Positions 1 to 12,200 of a stretch of DNA of 64,000 bases are shown here, piece after piece. The notes under the pieces are model-generated. The model saw only the letters and a program-made list of their open reading frames with translations, was not told the DNA's origin and did not search any database. Source of the DNA: Cyanophora paradoxa CCMP329. Its lineage: Eukaryota > Plantae > Glaucophyta. The position numbers and the translations under genes were made by a program. How positions within the stretch are numbered: position 1 is the first letter of the stretch; each line of letters opens with the position of its first letter. The DNA lies in the NCBI GenBank assembly GCA_004431415.1, contig QPMI01000493.1, positions 62,001 through 126,000 of the forward strand, written 5' to 3'.

Positions 1-1748
1 CTGAGGTTGAGCCCGGCCTTCATCTGAGCGCATCTGAACGCATCTGAGCGCACCGGCGGGACCGGAGAGGATGGCGCGGCAGCCTGAGAAGAGGTCGGCG
101 GGGGTCAGGCCCCCGTCGCTCTGCATGAACTCCACCCGCACGTCCGACAGGCCCCCGCTGGAGGGAGAGCGGAATAGTGAGGGCAGGGTGTGGGTAGACT
201 GGAGCGGCCGGGAGGCGCACGCGAAGCCGCGGCGGAAGTCGTCGATGTAGGCGCGGATAAGCGGCGTCAAGTACGCTGCGGGGGGAGGAGGTGGAGGGGG
301 GTACAGCGCCCTCGGGGCGGGGGGCGCGCGCGGCGCACCGTCGACGCAGGTGGTGAAGCCGCGGGGCACCATTCGGACCATCCGCATCGTCGCTGAGCTG
401 GGGGGGGGGTGGGGGGGGGTGGGGGGAAGGGGGGTCGAGGGTACAGGGGAAGGTTAGAGACGAGCGCGCGCGCGTCTCCCGGGTACCCCGGGCCGGGCCG
501 GCGGGCGCGCGGACCTGAGAGAGACGTGCTTGAAGCCCAGCTCTGAGAGAAGAGAAGGCCCTCAGAGAAGAGGGGCGAGAGGAGGGGTACGGCGGCGCGC
601 GGGGGGGTACCGACGGCGATGCGGCCGATGAGCTCCTCGTGGGCGGGGTACGTGTACGCGTGCATGAGCACGACCGCCAGGCTCGTCACGCCGCCCTTCA
701 GCACCTCCTGCGGGGTACGGCTTCGAGTCAGCTCTGGCGGGAAGTCCGGGGGGTACACGCGCCTCGAGCTGGGCGCGGACGGCGGCGGGGTCCGGGGCCG
801 TGAGGACCTCGATCCATTCCCCCGTGACGCCCTGGTGCCTCGGCCCTGCCGGGCGGCCCGGCGCCGGGGGCGAGTCGGGCCCCTCCGTGAGCAGCCGGAC
901 GCGCTCCTCCACCTCGACCACGCGCTCGTAGACGAGCTCGGGGCGCCGGATCACCAGGTCGAAGATCTGATGCGAGCGACGCGGGCTCCGAGTCAGAGGA
1001 CAGCCGAGCTCCAAGTCAGGGGCGAGCGGAGTCGGCTCGAAGGTGAGCTAAGTAAGCGCGCCTTGGGCCGCGACTGATTGCCTGTGCGGGCGGCGGGCGG
1101 CGGTCAGAGGCGGCGCGGGCGGGCGGAGCGGGCGGGGCGGGCGGGCGGCCGCGCCTATGCGGAGAAGGTCGCGGAACCCCTTCGTGGTGATGAGCGCGCT
1201 GCGTACGCCCTTCCGCTCCAGCAGTGCGTTCGTCGCCACTGCGCCGCGCGCGGCGGCCCGCCGGACGGCCGGTCGGTCGGTCGGAGAGAAGCCGCTCGGG
1301 TTCAAGGGGCGCCGCCGGCGGCCGCGCGCGCGCACCGGTCGTGCCCATGCGGATCCACTCGATGCGCGACGTGTCCACAGCGTTCTTCGGCATCTTCTGG
1401 CCCGTCGCCTGCGCGTGCCGGCCGCGTCGCCGCCGCGCGGCCCGGCGGAGCGCATCGCGACGGGGCGAGTGTGCGCACCTCCTCCAGGATGCGGCGAATT
1501 CCCTCGCGCGGAGCGTCCTCATAGTTGGCGGGGTCGACGCTCAGGAGCTTGTACACGCGGTAGTACGGCGGCACGGGGATCTGCGGCGATGCCTCGGCGA
1601 GTGCGGCGAGCGCCGCGCAAGCGTCGCAGCGGCCGCAGACGGCGCGCTGCGACGCCTTTGTCGGAAGGCGGCGCGGGCGGCGGACCTCGGCGTAGATGTC
1701 CGTGAAAGTGCCGCCGCGGTCGATGCTGAATCGGAAATCGCGCGGCAT
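1..1748 (-). CDS. OXP1: 5-oxoprolinase (ATP-hydrolysing; hydantoinase A/oxoprolinase family), 5' part, multi-exon, continues past the left edge
   Basis: Spliced by eye: [21 protein letters not shown]; [24 protein letters not shown]; [20 protein letters not shown]; [21 protein letters not shown]; [16 protein letters not shown]; [19 protein letters not shown]; FMQSDGGL...RAILSGPA. These are characteristic eukaryotic OXP1/OPLAH motifs in the expected order. Confidence 0.95.
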
Positions 1749-3221
1749 CGCTGCTCAAGCTCAGCAGCTGGAGGGGTACGGTGAAGGCTTTTAATGCAGG
1801 TTCGGCTCCCTCGGATGCAACTTTAATTTGCTCGGCGCCCCACTGGGCCGGGCGCCCGGCCATATATGCATCATGGCATGAGTTGCGCGGCACTGCGGCA
1901 GCATGCTATATTAGCTCGTCATCGCAGACTCGAGCTCATAGGGTGCGCATGCGCCGTGGCGGTTACGTATACGTATACGGGCGTAAATTTAAAATTACCT
2001 GACTTCGTTCGCACCAGGAGCTCGCGATCGATCGATCGCGAGGCAAGGCCCGGGAGCGCGCAAGGTACTAGGAGCCCGCGCCGGCTCCGCGGCCGGCGCC
2101 CGGGCGGCGGGCGCCGGCGCCCCGCTGATTCCCACTGAATTAATATTTCCCAGGGTACGCGCATGCAAGCGCGCGAATCAATCGCACTGCCGCAGTGCGC
2201 ATGCCGCGCGCAGTGCGGCCGGGCAGCCTGGGCCTGGGGCAGCGGTCACTGAGTCAGCTGCATCACAGCCTGCATGCGCAGGCTGCGGCCCAGCGCCGAA
2301 CCAGCGGACTCCGGGAGCTGCTGCATCAGCGGATGATCATCGGATCATCGGATCATCGGATGCATGCATCAGCCTGAGTCCGGCAGTGCGCACTGCGCAT
2401 CCAGCCTGCACTGGCCGGGAGTCTGGCCCTGCAGCTGCAGCAGGCTACCGCGGTAGGCCGCCGGCCGTATACGTAGGCCTGCAGCGAGCTTGCCGAGTCG
2501 AGTTACCGCGCCGGTAGGCTGCGCCGCCGGTCGCTGCGCGCGGTAGCTATAGGATCGGGTAGCGATAGCTAGGGCTCGCGTGCGAGCGGACAATTGAGCT
2601 TCGGAACAACGCAGCGCAGACCTTCTGACGCATGCAAACGGCAGCACAGCTTAGCCGGCGCGAGTGATTACATATACGAGGCCTGGATCGGGCGGCCCGG
2701 ATTAGGCCACCTAAAGCTGAAGCTCAAGCTACAGCTAGGCGCCAACGCGCCGCGCGTCGCTGCGCCCCAGCTCTGGAATGCATAGGCGATTGCAACGCAC
2801 GCGGCCTGCAGACCTACGTATACCGGACTGCAGAAGGCCCATGGCCGGGCAGGAACGCGCGCCATCCGATGCTGACACCTGTGCGGACCCGTGCGACCTC
2901 GCCGCCCGGGCGCAGCGCCCGCATGCACAGGTGCACACGCCGCTCGCGGACCGTGGCACGCGCAAGAGTGCCCTGCCTTGTCAACTCTAACCGCGCGCGG
3001 CCGCGCCGGGGCGGCAGGAAAGCGGCCCGGTCTCAGCCCCACCGCTGAACACTCGCCATATGGATCCTGCAGCCGGGCCGCCTCTGAGTACACCTGGGCG
3101 CGGAAGACCCGCCAAGTGCGTGCGCATGCAGGTCTTGGGGCCTGTCTAGAATTCTTTCGGCTTCAAAGGCTTCGTTCGCGCGCGCGTGACCGCCACTCGC
3201 CCCTCCAGCGCCTTCGGATCG

Positions 3222-6200
3222 ATGCGGCCCGTCGCAATCGCGCTCTTCCTCGTCGCCCTCCTCCTGCGCCCCCTCGCCACCTCCGGCGCGGGCCCCCGCT
3301 CGCAAGGTGTGGCTCGACCTGGCTGTAGCTAGGCCTCCGCCGCCCATCGGCACCTAGGGTCTGTCCTTCGCTACCGACCTAGCGACCCCCCCCCCCCCCC
3401 CCCCCCCCCCGCCCAGGCCTCTCGCCTCACCGCCGTGTCCCCCCCCCCCCCCCCCCCCCTTCCGGGCCCGCGCCCACCCCCCCCCCCCCCCTTCTCTGCT
3501 TGCCTCCTGCCTTCTTTCCCCCTTCCTCCCCCTCCTCCCCCGGCCATCCCCACCCCCACCCCTACCTCAACCGCCGCTTCCCTTTTCTCATGCCCTCCCC
3601 TTTTCTTTCCCTTCCCACCCCCTCTTTTCCCCCGTACCCCACTCCCATCTCCTCTCCCCGCCGTTTTCCCTCTCCCCGAACCTGCTTTCCCCCGCCTCCC
3701 CCCTCCCCCCTCGCCTCCTCCCCCCCCTCCCACCCCCTTGAGGCGCGTGCCTCACCCTCTCCCGCACCCCTGCTTCCCCCCCCCCCCCCCCCCCCCCCCC
3801 TGCCCAAAACTTCTGCCGCCTGCACCTCGGCCTCTCCCTCCCCTTCCTTTGCCGTTTCCCTCCCTGATATCATCCCCCCCCCCCCGCCCCCTTGAGTCAC
3901 GGACCTCCCTCTTCTCCCCCCCCTCCCACAGCGCGTGTATTCCTTCCCCCTTCTCTGCCCAAAGCGTCTGCCCGCCTGCATCCTCGCCTGTTCTCCCTTA
4001 TTTGCTTATCTCAAGCCACACCCTGCCCCGCCCCCCCTGCTCCTCCACCACCACACCACCCCCTGCGCCCCCTCTGAGTCCCGCCACCACCCTGCTTTCC
4101 TTCCCCGTCCTGCTTCCCCTCTGCCCCGCTTCCCCCTTCCATTCCTCCACTACGCCCTCTCCGTCTCCCTATGCCCTCTCCGCCATCCGTGCCCCCTTTC
4201 TGAGGAGTCCTCGCCGAACGATGTTCACGCCCATGTTTATGAGCAACTGCAGGGGCGTTTTTCGGGAACACGGGGTCGACACCCTCCTCCACCCAGCGTT
4301 ACGCCGATGTCCGCCCTTTCCCCCTCGGTACCCCCATGGTGCGCCTCCCCCAGCTGGGCGCGAGCCAGCCTCGCCAGTACCCGCCTAGGCACGTGTGCCG
4401 AACGTGCTGTCTGTCTTGCAGACCTTCGAGTTCTGGATCCGAATCCCACAGAACCAAGGGATGAACTCGCGGTACCCCCTGCTTTTGCCCCGTATTGCAA
4501 TTTGTGACATCTGTCGGCGTTTAATATTCTTCCAGAATAATTGAATTCGGGGATTCGTCCAACGACGACCAGATAATCATCCACTCCTGCCTTGCCGGCC
4601 AGACGAGCTGTAACGTGCGATCCCGCGGACGCGCCACCTGCAGCTACTTGGGCTCCTGCTCTAGATCCGCATCCGATCGCGTGTTGCCCGACATCGACGG
4701 CGCAGGCCGCCACTGGGAAAGTGAACTTGCATCTCGTCATGACAGATGGGCCCACGATCGTGGTCAACAGGAACGTGTTCGGACAGGGTGGCGTCCCGGT
4801 TCGTCTGAACCCAGCGCGCGGCTGCAGGAGGCTTTCCCGATCAGCAGCCAAGCGGCGAACTAAATGCCGCGCTGGAACATGTATGAACTAATCATTGAAT
4901 ATTGACCCGTGATCTCGCGCAGATCGACAACTATTTCCATCACGTCGTGGTCTCCTGCTCTTCTTCGAGTGTCGTCGCGTACCGTGCGTGCCGCCTTGAG
5001 CCCACATTGTGCGGAGCAGCGTTTCTGACTGCGCCCCGGGGTTCTGCAGTGAACGGGACCGCTCTCACGGGTGCTATAGTGCCGGGCTACAATGGTGCGG
5101 GCAGCATCCCAAGCAGGACCCGCACTTTTATGTACATCGGGAGAGCCATCGCTTCCGAACCGTACCTTGTTGCTGTGCGGCTCGCGGGTGCGCTCGTCCA
5201 CCTCACCTGGCCGTGGCGCGCCTGACGCCCGCGGCCCCGCAGACTTCCGCGTCTACTCCCGTGCGCTGTCTGCGGCAGAGGTGGCCGCGGCGTACAACGG
5301 GATCGCCCCCGCCGCCCCGGTCGAGCTCTCGTACTCGATGAAGGGCTGCCGCGGCCAGGTGCGGGCGTGGCGCCCTCAGCGTCGACTTCTGTCCGACGCT
5401 CTTCTCTGAAAGAGCGAGACCGCGACAGATACTCGACGAATCGCCGTACAAGCGGCACGCGACGGTGTATGGAGACTTGCACCCCTTTCGAGAATGCCCG
5501 GGCTCAAAGCAGGGTGCGCGGGGCTGTACATGTTGGCTATCTCGCTTGCGGCGCTTGGTGCCCCGGTGAGCTCGCCTTGCGCAGGGGTGTACTTTGGAAC
5601 GGGTATATCGGGTGGCAGCATCACAGCGACCTCGCGATACGTCCTCGCCCCAACCTTCTTGCTGGGCGCCCCCATGGTCCGCACCTCGTCGCCGTGGCCG
5701 TGCTCGCTGTAAAGCCTGATTTCCCTTATGGCATTTGCACGTAGACCTTCACGTTCTGGATATCGATTCGGCAGCGGACGAATCAGCAATGGACTCGGTA
5801 TTTACAGTAATTCGATAGATACCTCAGACGGTGCCCGTAGGACGGCTCTTACCGCGTCCGACAGCGTGATGGACTTCGGCTCGTCCTCTACGAACGGATT
5901 CGCCATAAATCTCTGCGACGTCGACGGCTCGTGCTCGGTAAGCGCGGCCTCAAAGCGGTGGCGTGCTGGGTGCTGGTTTTGATAGACTCCGTGCAGGCCG
6001 CCTCTGGCAGAGTCGGCGTTCGACTGCATGCGTACACCGCTACCACCTCCAACCAATTCGACGTTTTCGGGGGAGTCGGCGGAATTCCGGTTCGCACCTA
6101 GTATCAGAACACAAATAAGCGCTCCCGAAAAACTAGAAATCTGAGTTGACCTGCTTGCAGGTTGACGAAAACTATCATCACTGCGCAGTAAGTGCCGGTT

Positions 6201-9200
6201 GAGATCGCTCCAAAAAAAGCCGTCTCAAATGTGCTCTTTGCTTATACAAGAATCCAGGTTGTCATCACCGAATCGATTACTTCGTTTTACTTCAATGGCA
6301 CATTGGTCTCGACGACGACGGTTTTCCCCCGGAACGCGATTGCGAGTCTGGCGGGCACCTTTTTAATCGGCAAGAGCAACGTGAGCTCTGCGCACCCGTA
6401 CCCCGTCAACACTTACTTGGCCGGTCTGCGCATGCGCCCCTCTCTGCGATGAACTTTCCGCCCGCCTGTTTTGACTCTCGCCGCCGCAGATTTCCGCGTC
6501 TTGTCCAAAGAGTTGGCGGCGGCGGAGGTGCTCGCCGACTACCGCTATGTGAGCAGCGAGCCTTCGGCGGCGCTCGAGCTCTCCTACACCTTCAGCGGAT
6601 GCCGCAGCAGGGTGCGTGTGCTCGCGCTTCGGGCCATCCGAGCCGCGCCCGTTTGCTCCTCCCGCGAGGCGTCGTGAGAGCACGGCGGCAGGTGGTCGAC
6701 GAGTCCGGGCGTGGCCGCCACGGCACCGCCATCGGCGACGTCGTTATTCCGGAGGCGTGCGGCAGCCCTCGCACCGGTGCGTCGTATCTGCTTTATCGCC
6801 TTGTTTTGAAGGCTGATAGTGGATCCCGCAGGGGCTTACTTCGGCTCCTCCCTCGACCTCCGGCGGCGCGTGGAGGTCCCGCCCTTTGCGCTCGGCACCC
6901 CCTTCACCATCGCCGCCTGGCGCGCCTTTGCAGAGCTGCGCGGGACGCGGGCCTTTGCTCACGCGCACCGGCGCCCCGCAGGATTCGGTTGGTGCAAACT
7001 CCGAGGCCGTTTGAACGCCTCTTTGAATTCTACGGCACTCCTCCAGCGGACAAGATATTCTACAACAATCTCAACTGGTCATCCGCCGTGCTTAGAATAG
7101 GCAAACTAAATAAACGTTTTATTCGTGTAGCTGAGTTCGAATCCAGGTATTTCTGCCCTCCGGGCGGCTTGGACTATGACGAAACCCAGAATCTGTCCAA
7201 TATTCCTTGCGATGTCCGTACCACTCGCTGGCATTCGTGCGGCGACATCGTCTCACTTATCGAGCCGGCGCCGCCGCAGGCCCCCGCTGGAACGACCGCC
7301 ATGGGCCTGGCGCTTGCAGTGGACTCTACTTGGGTCGTGCGGCTGCGGATGTTCACGGGGGCGAACGCGATCCCCGTCGACGGGTCGTGGCACCACGTCG
7401 CCCTTGTTGTGACCGACTCCCTTGTCACCGTTTACCTCGACGGGCAGGCGAAGCCGCACACGAAGACGGGAACGAGCCTCCCCGGCCGCGCCGCGTCCAT
7501 TCCGACCATCACGCGGCCGCTCCACCGGCTCGGGTCGGCCTGGGAAGCGCACGTGCTCGACACTCGAGACATGTACATGTCTGGTCTGTAACACATCTTG
7601 CTTCTAATCTCGAGGGTGTGCACATGCGCGTGCTCTGCTGAAACGTGGACAGACTTCGGTGTTTGGAGCGAGGCTCTGACTGCGACGCAAGTGCAGCTGC
7701 TTTACCAAGACGACTCTCAATCCCGGGCCATTCCATCTGTTCAGCTGTTCCTGCCTTTCTCGGGCTGTGGAGCGACGGTAATCGGATTCCAAATAAAATC
7801 TGACTATGTATCAATGTTCTGCCCGCGCGAAACTTGCACTTCAACAGGCAGAGGACACTAGCGGCCGGGAGAGGCACGCGAGCCTCGTGGGGGACGTCGT
7901 CATTCTGTCGGACTGCGTCCCACCCGCTGACAACGCGAGTGCGTACTTTGTCGGTCTGTGTTTGTATAATTTCCGCGTTTCGATCGGTCTTCCAGGTCGA
8001 ACGGCAGTCACGACCGCCGCGAGGCCTGACACAGGTGTGTATTTTGGCCAGAGTGGAACGTTGACCACCAGCGACTACATCGACTCCGCAACGTTCACAC
8101 TTGGCACGCCATTCACCCTCAGCTTCTGGTGATTGCACCTCGCGAGTGAGTCTTTGGGCGGGAGCGGCGCTGAAGCTGCTCTCGGCGCAGGATTATGCTG
8201 CAAAGGCCGCCAGTCATGTACGCGCGAATTGTAGACTTTGGCTCCGGAGCTCCGCAAGGTAAACGGTTTATTGTCTGTTTTCTGTGCCAATGGGATTTTA
8301 TGAATACATGCTGTTCACGTTTTCATATAATTACATTAACGGGCAGAAAATTTCGTTGTGACGTATTGTCCCAATGGCGGCTCCTTCACAGACGGAACGA
8401 CAGGAACCACTCACACTTGCTCGGTGCATATCCATCTTGATTTGTTGAAATTGTTTTTAAAAGACTACGGTGGGGCGTACCCCCATGGGTATTAGCATAA
8501 TTGAAAGTCTTGCTGCTTTTTGTAACCTTTGCTCGCCCGCCAGGCGTCCGCAGGAAAGATTAGCCTTTTAATGAACCTTTTCACCGGGGGAAGCGGGACT
8601 GCCACCCTTGTTTCGTTCCAGGGTACGTTCATACGCCATAGCCATCTTATATTCAATTCCCTTTGCTCATGTACATGTACATGTACATTCCCTTTTTATC
8701 GGAAGGCGACAACGGAATCCCCGTCGATGGGCGGTGGCATCACGTCACGATAACACTCGCGGATGATGCGATTACGACGTACCTGAATGGAACGCGGCGT
8801 CCCCACTCGAAAACGGGAACGAGCGCTGCAGGTGCAGCCGCTTTGTGGCCGAAATTGCAGCGTTCGAAGCACTGGATCGCCCGTTCGCCGTGGGGCGACG
8901 CCGGCATCGCATTATCTGCCCTTTTCGGTTCGCGCCGTGATCACGCTTCGTCGCTTTGCCCCTGGCGCTCAGCGCCGCTGCAGATTTCAGGATCTATTCC
9001 GCGGTCCTGACGCAAGCCCAAGTTGCGGATGTCCTCGCGGGAAGTGCGACTGCCGCGCCGCTCGAGCAGAGGCTGGCGTTCGACGGCTGCGGCACTGTGG
9101 TGCGCGATTACGCTGTATATGCAAATGAAACTACTTGCGTGTCGTAAATCGCTCATTGTTTACAGGCATTGGATTCGAGCGGCTGGAAGCGACACGCACA

Positions 9201-12200
9201 GCTCTACGGCGACGTCTCTTTGCCGCGAAGCTGTCTGGCCCCTGGTTCGCAATCTTGTGCCAGTCAGTAATGCTTGTATCAAGGGCTAAGATTTCCGGAC
9301 AGCCTCTTCGGTCTTCTTCTGGGGAAGCGGGTGGAACGGCTATGTTTCCGTCCCGACGTTCACGCTTGGCTCTCCCTTCAGCGTCTCGTTCTGGGTCAAC
9401 CCCCGCAAGTCTCAAGCGGCATGGGCGTGCGTGCTTCCATCAACATCGAACAAAGATTCTGCAATAGTTTTCCGAAGGCCTGAATCTGATCATGAATCAT
9501 TTTCCGCAGGCGCATCTTGGATTTTGAAAGCGCCGGCGGATTTGGCCTGGACAGCATTGTCGTCGGGTTCCTTCCCAAGGGGACCGTCGTGTCCGATCGG
9601 ACCATCGCCAACGCGCAGATTACAGGCTCGGTGCGATCGCTTCGTGTCCTTGCAGCCCATTGAAACCTATCCTGCTCATGAGATCGCGCGGGCAGGCAAG
9701 GGATGGTGCATTGAGCCTTGTCGTGCTCGCTCGCAGCGGCAGCACCGCCGTCGTCCATCTCGAGGCGTTCGGAGGCAACAACGCCATTCCGGTACAGATG
9801 CTACATGATGATTTGGATCCTGCGGACGACTGCCTGACTCCGAGATCTCCCGCGATGCAGATTGGGGAGTACTCTCACGTCACTCTGGTCTTCACCGCTT
9901 CTGAAACACTCACCTACCTGTAATGGATTCCCATTATTTTTAAATGTTGTGCTCTGATGATAATCTGCGCTTCGTAGAAACGGTTCCGCCCGGCCTCATT
10001 CTAAGACTGGCAACGGGCTCGCGGGCGGCGCCGGGTCCATCCCGCAAGTCGCGCGCGAGAAGCACTACATCTCCAGGGGCCAGCAGGGGGAATCGGGCCT
10101 CGCCGACGGATACCTCTCCGGTTCATCCCCTCTCTTTGATGTAGCCCCACCCCGCGTCACGGGCTCCTCGCAGACTTCCGGGTGTACAGTAGCGCTCTGT
10201 CCGCAGTGCAGGCAGTCGACGTGTTCCATGGCGGTGTGGCCGACAACGCGACGCTCGAGCTCCGCTACGCCTTCGACGGCTGCAACCAGACGGTACGCGG
10301 CCGGTGTGCAGGTTTCTATCCCTGCGCATCTGACTTCTGGACAGGCCGAAGACCTGTCAGCGAATGGGAGGTTCGGATCGATTGTCGGCGACGCAACTCA
10401 AATCGGCGGGCAGTGCCAGCAAAATCTTGCGCCTCCTTCCACATGTGCGCTTCTGGGCGCTTTGCAATTTCCCGTCCGCTTTTGCGCGGCACCTTCATTC
10501 CGCCAACATGAGCGGCAGCCCTGGTCTTTGGATCCAAGGTCCTACCCAGCAGCAGAGTCGACCAGACTGAGCGGTTCCTTGTCACGCCTTCGTTTGAGCT
10601 GGGCCCTTCATTGACTTTTACTTTCTGGTTCGAGTCCTCTCTTTTCTACTGGCAACTTCGCAATGTTATTTATTATATATATAATGGGTGCTTGTGTGCG
10701 TGCAGGCTACGCATCAACATGAGCCAGGCGAACCCGAGTGCTCTCTCGCGCCTGTTTGATTTTGGCAGCGGAGTTGGGTCGGACAACATCGTGAGTACCC
10801 GATCGTGCCCGTGGCAATCTAAATATTAGAATATTTAAATACAATATTATAACCTCGTGTGCGATCACGACCGATTGCGCTTTGCTTCTGCGATCGTTTT
10901 CTGACACAAACCGCAACGAAAGATTCTGAGCTTCTGCGGTCCCCTGGGTGCAGTCCCTTCCGACGCGGATTGCGAGGTACGAACCTTGCATCAGTTCTTA
11001 AGCCTGCCTGCATATAAATATTGAAAGCGATCCGTGCTCAAGCTTGCATGCGCACATGCAACTATACTAATATCGTGCACAGCCGCACAGAAGGGCAGGC
11101 TACGAGACGCTCCTCCTCACGGTGTACGATGGAACCCAGCTGAAGCAGCGAATGCCCCTCTTGCTTGCAAACGAAAGCATCCCCGCGGACGGGTCCTGGC
11201 ACCACGTCGCGCTGGTTCTCACCTCGGACGCGTACTACGTGTACCTCGACGGCGTTCCCCGTCCAAACGCACGGGCTTCGAGCTTCACGCCCGGGACGGG
11301 TACAGTTCCCAAGCGGACCCGGACCACTCACTACGTCGGCGCCGGCTGGCCAGCCGGCTCGGGGCCGTACGAGTACGGCGTCGAGCTCGCGGACTTCCGG
11401 GTGTACTCCGCGGCGCTCTCGGCTGACCAGGTCGCCGACGTGGCGCAAGGCAACGTGCCCCGGGACCGGCCCCCTCTCGAGCTGCACTACAAGTTCGACA
11501 CGTGCGGCGGCACGGTGCGCGCGAGCGCCACTGGCGTCGCCCTTGGCAGGCGTCGAGCCATCACTCACGAGATCGCTTCAGGCGGTGGACTACTCGGGCA
11601 AAGGACGGCCGGGAACGATGTACGGGGACCTCGGCCCGTCTGTGCAGTGCCCCGTGCCCGCCGCCGGTGCCCCTCTATCACCCGCCGTGCGACCCTTCGC
11701 TCAAGTGACGTCTAATGGTGCATTTTTGTTTTGCGTAGGCGCTTATTTCGGAACAAGCGAAATTGGAGGGAGCCCGGATACAAAGCACAGATACATTGAG
11801 GCCCCTGAGTTTGCGCTGGGCACTCCATTATCTCTGGACTTATGGTGCGAGTCCTATCGCTCTTTGCTTTGTAGCTCATTGCTTCGATTTCTCGCACTTT
11901 TCGCTATAAAGCGCACGCTGAGATGATTGCACAGGGTCCGAATTCCAAGGCAGGCCCCAATAAATAACTGGCATCGTATCATCGGTACGTTTTTACGTGT
12001 TCTTGTACTTTCAATGCCGTTTCTCACGTAAGCTTGTGCATGCGGCTAAACCTGCAAGATTTTGGCTGTGGCATGAACTGCGATAACATTGTTCGCCAGA
12101 GCTCCACCGGTACGTTTCAGTAGGGTGATTGGAACTGATGCGATTGCAGATTTTGGCCTGGTGTACGCCCGGAGGATCCGCAACCGCAGCCACTTGCCAT

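Noticed and set aside
762-762. Additional GC donor in OXP1
   Set aside because: An in-phase GT donor lies 6 nt further on, so the site is ambiguous.
3371-4507. Long Pro-rich and Gly-rich ORFs (extensin-like) in the ORF track, also at 33417-34295
   Set aside because: They are translations of poly-C tracts. The two paralogues share no peptide there and the sequence looks like low-quality assembly.
8130-9925. In-frame TGA/TAA after exons as readthrough, selenocysteine or an alternative genetic code
   Set aside because: The cases checked overlap GT donor sites (TG|GTGA, CT|GTAA) and disappear on splicing.
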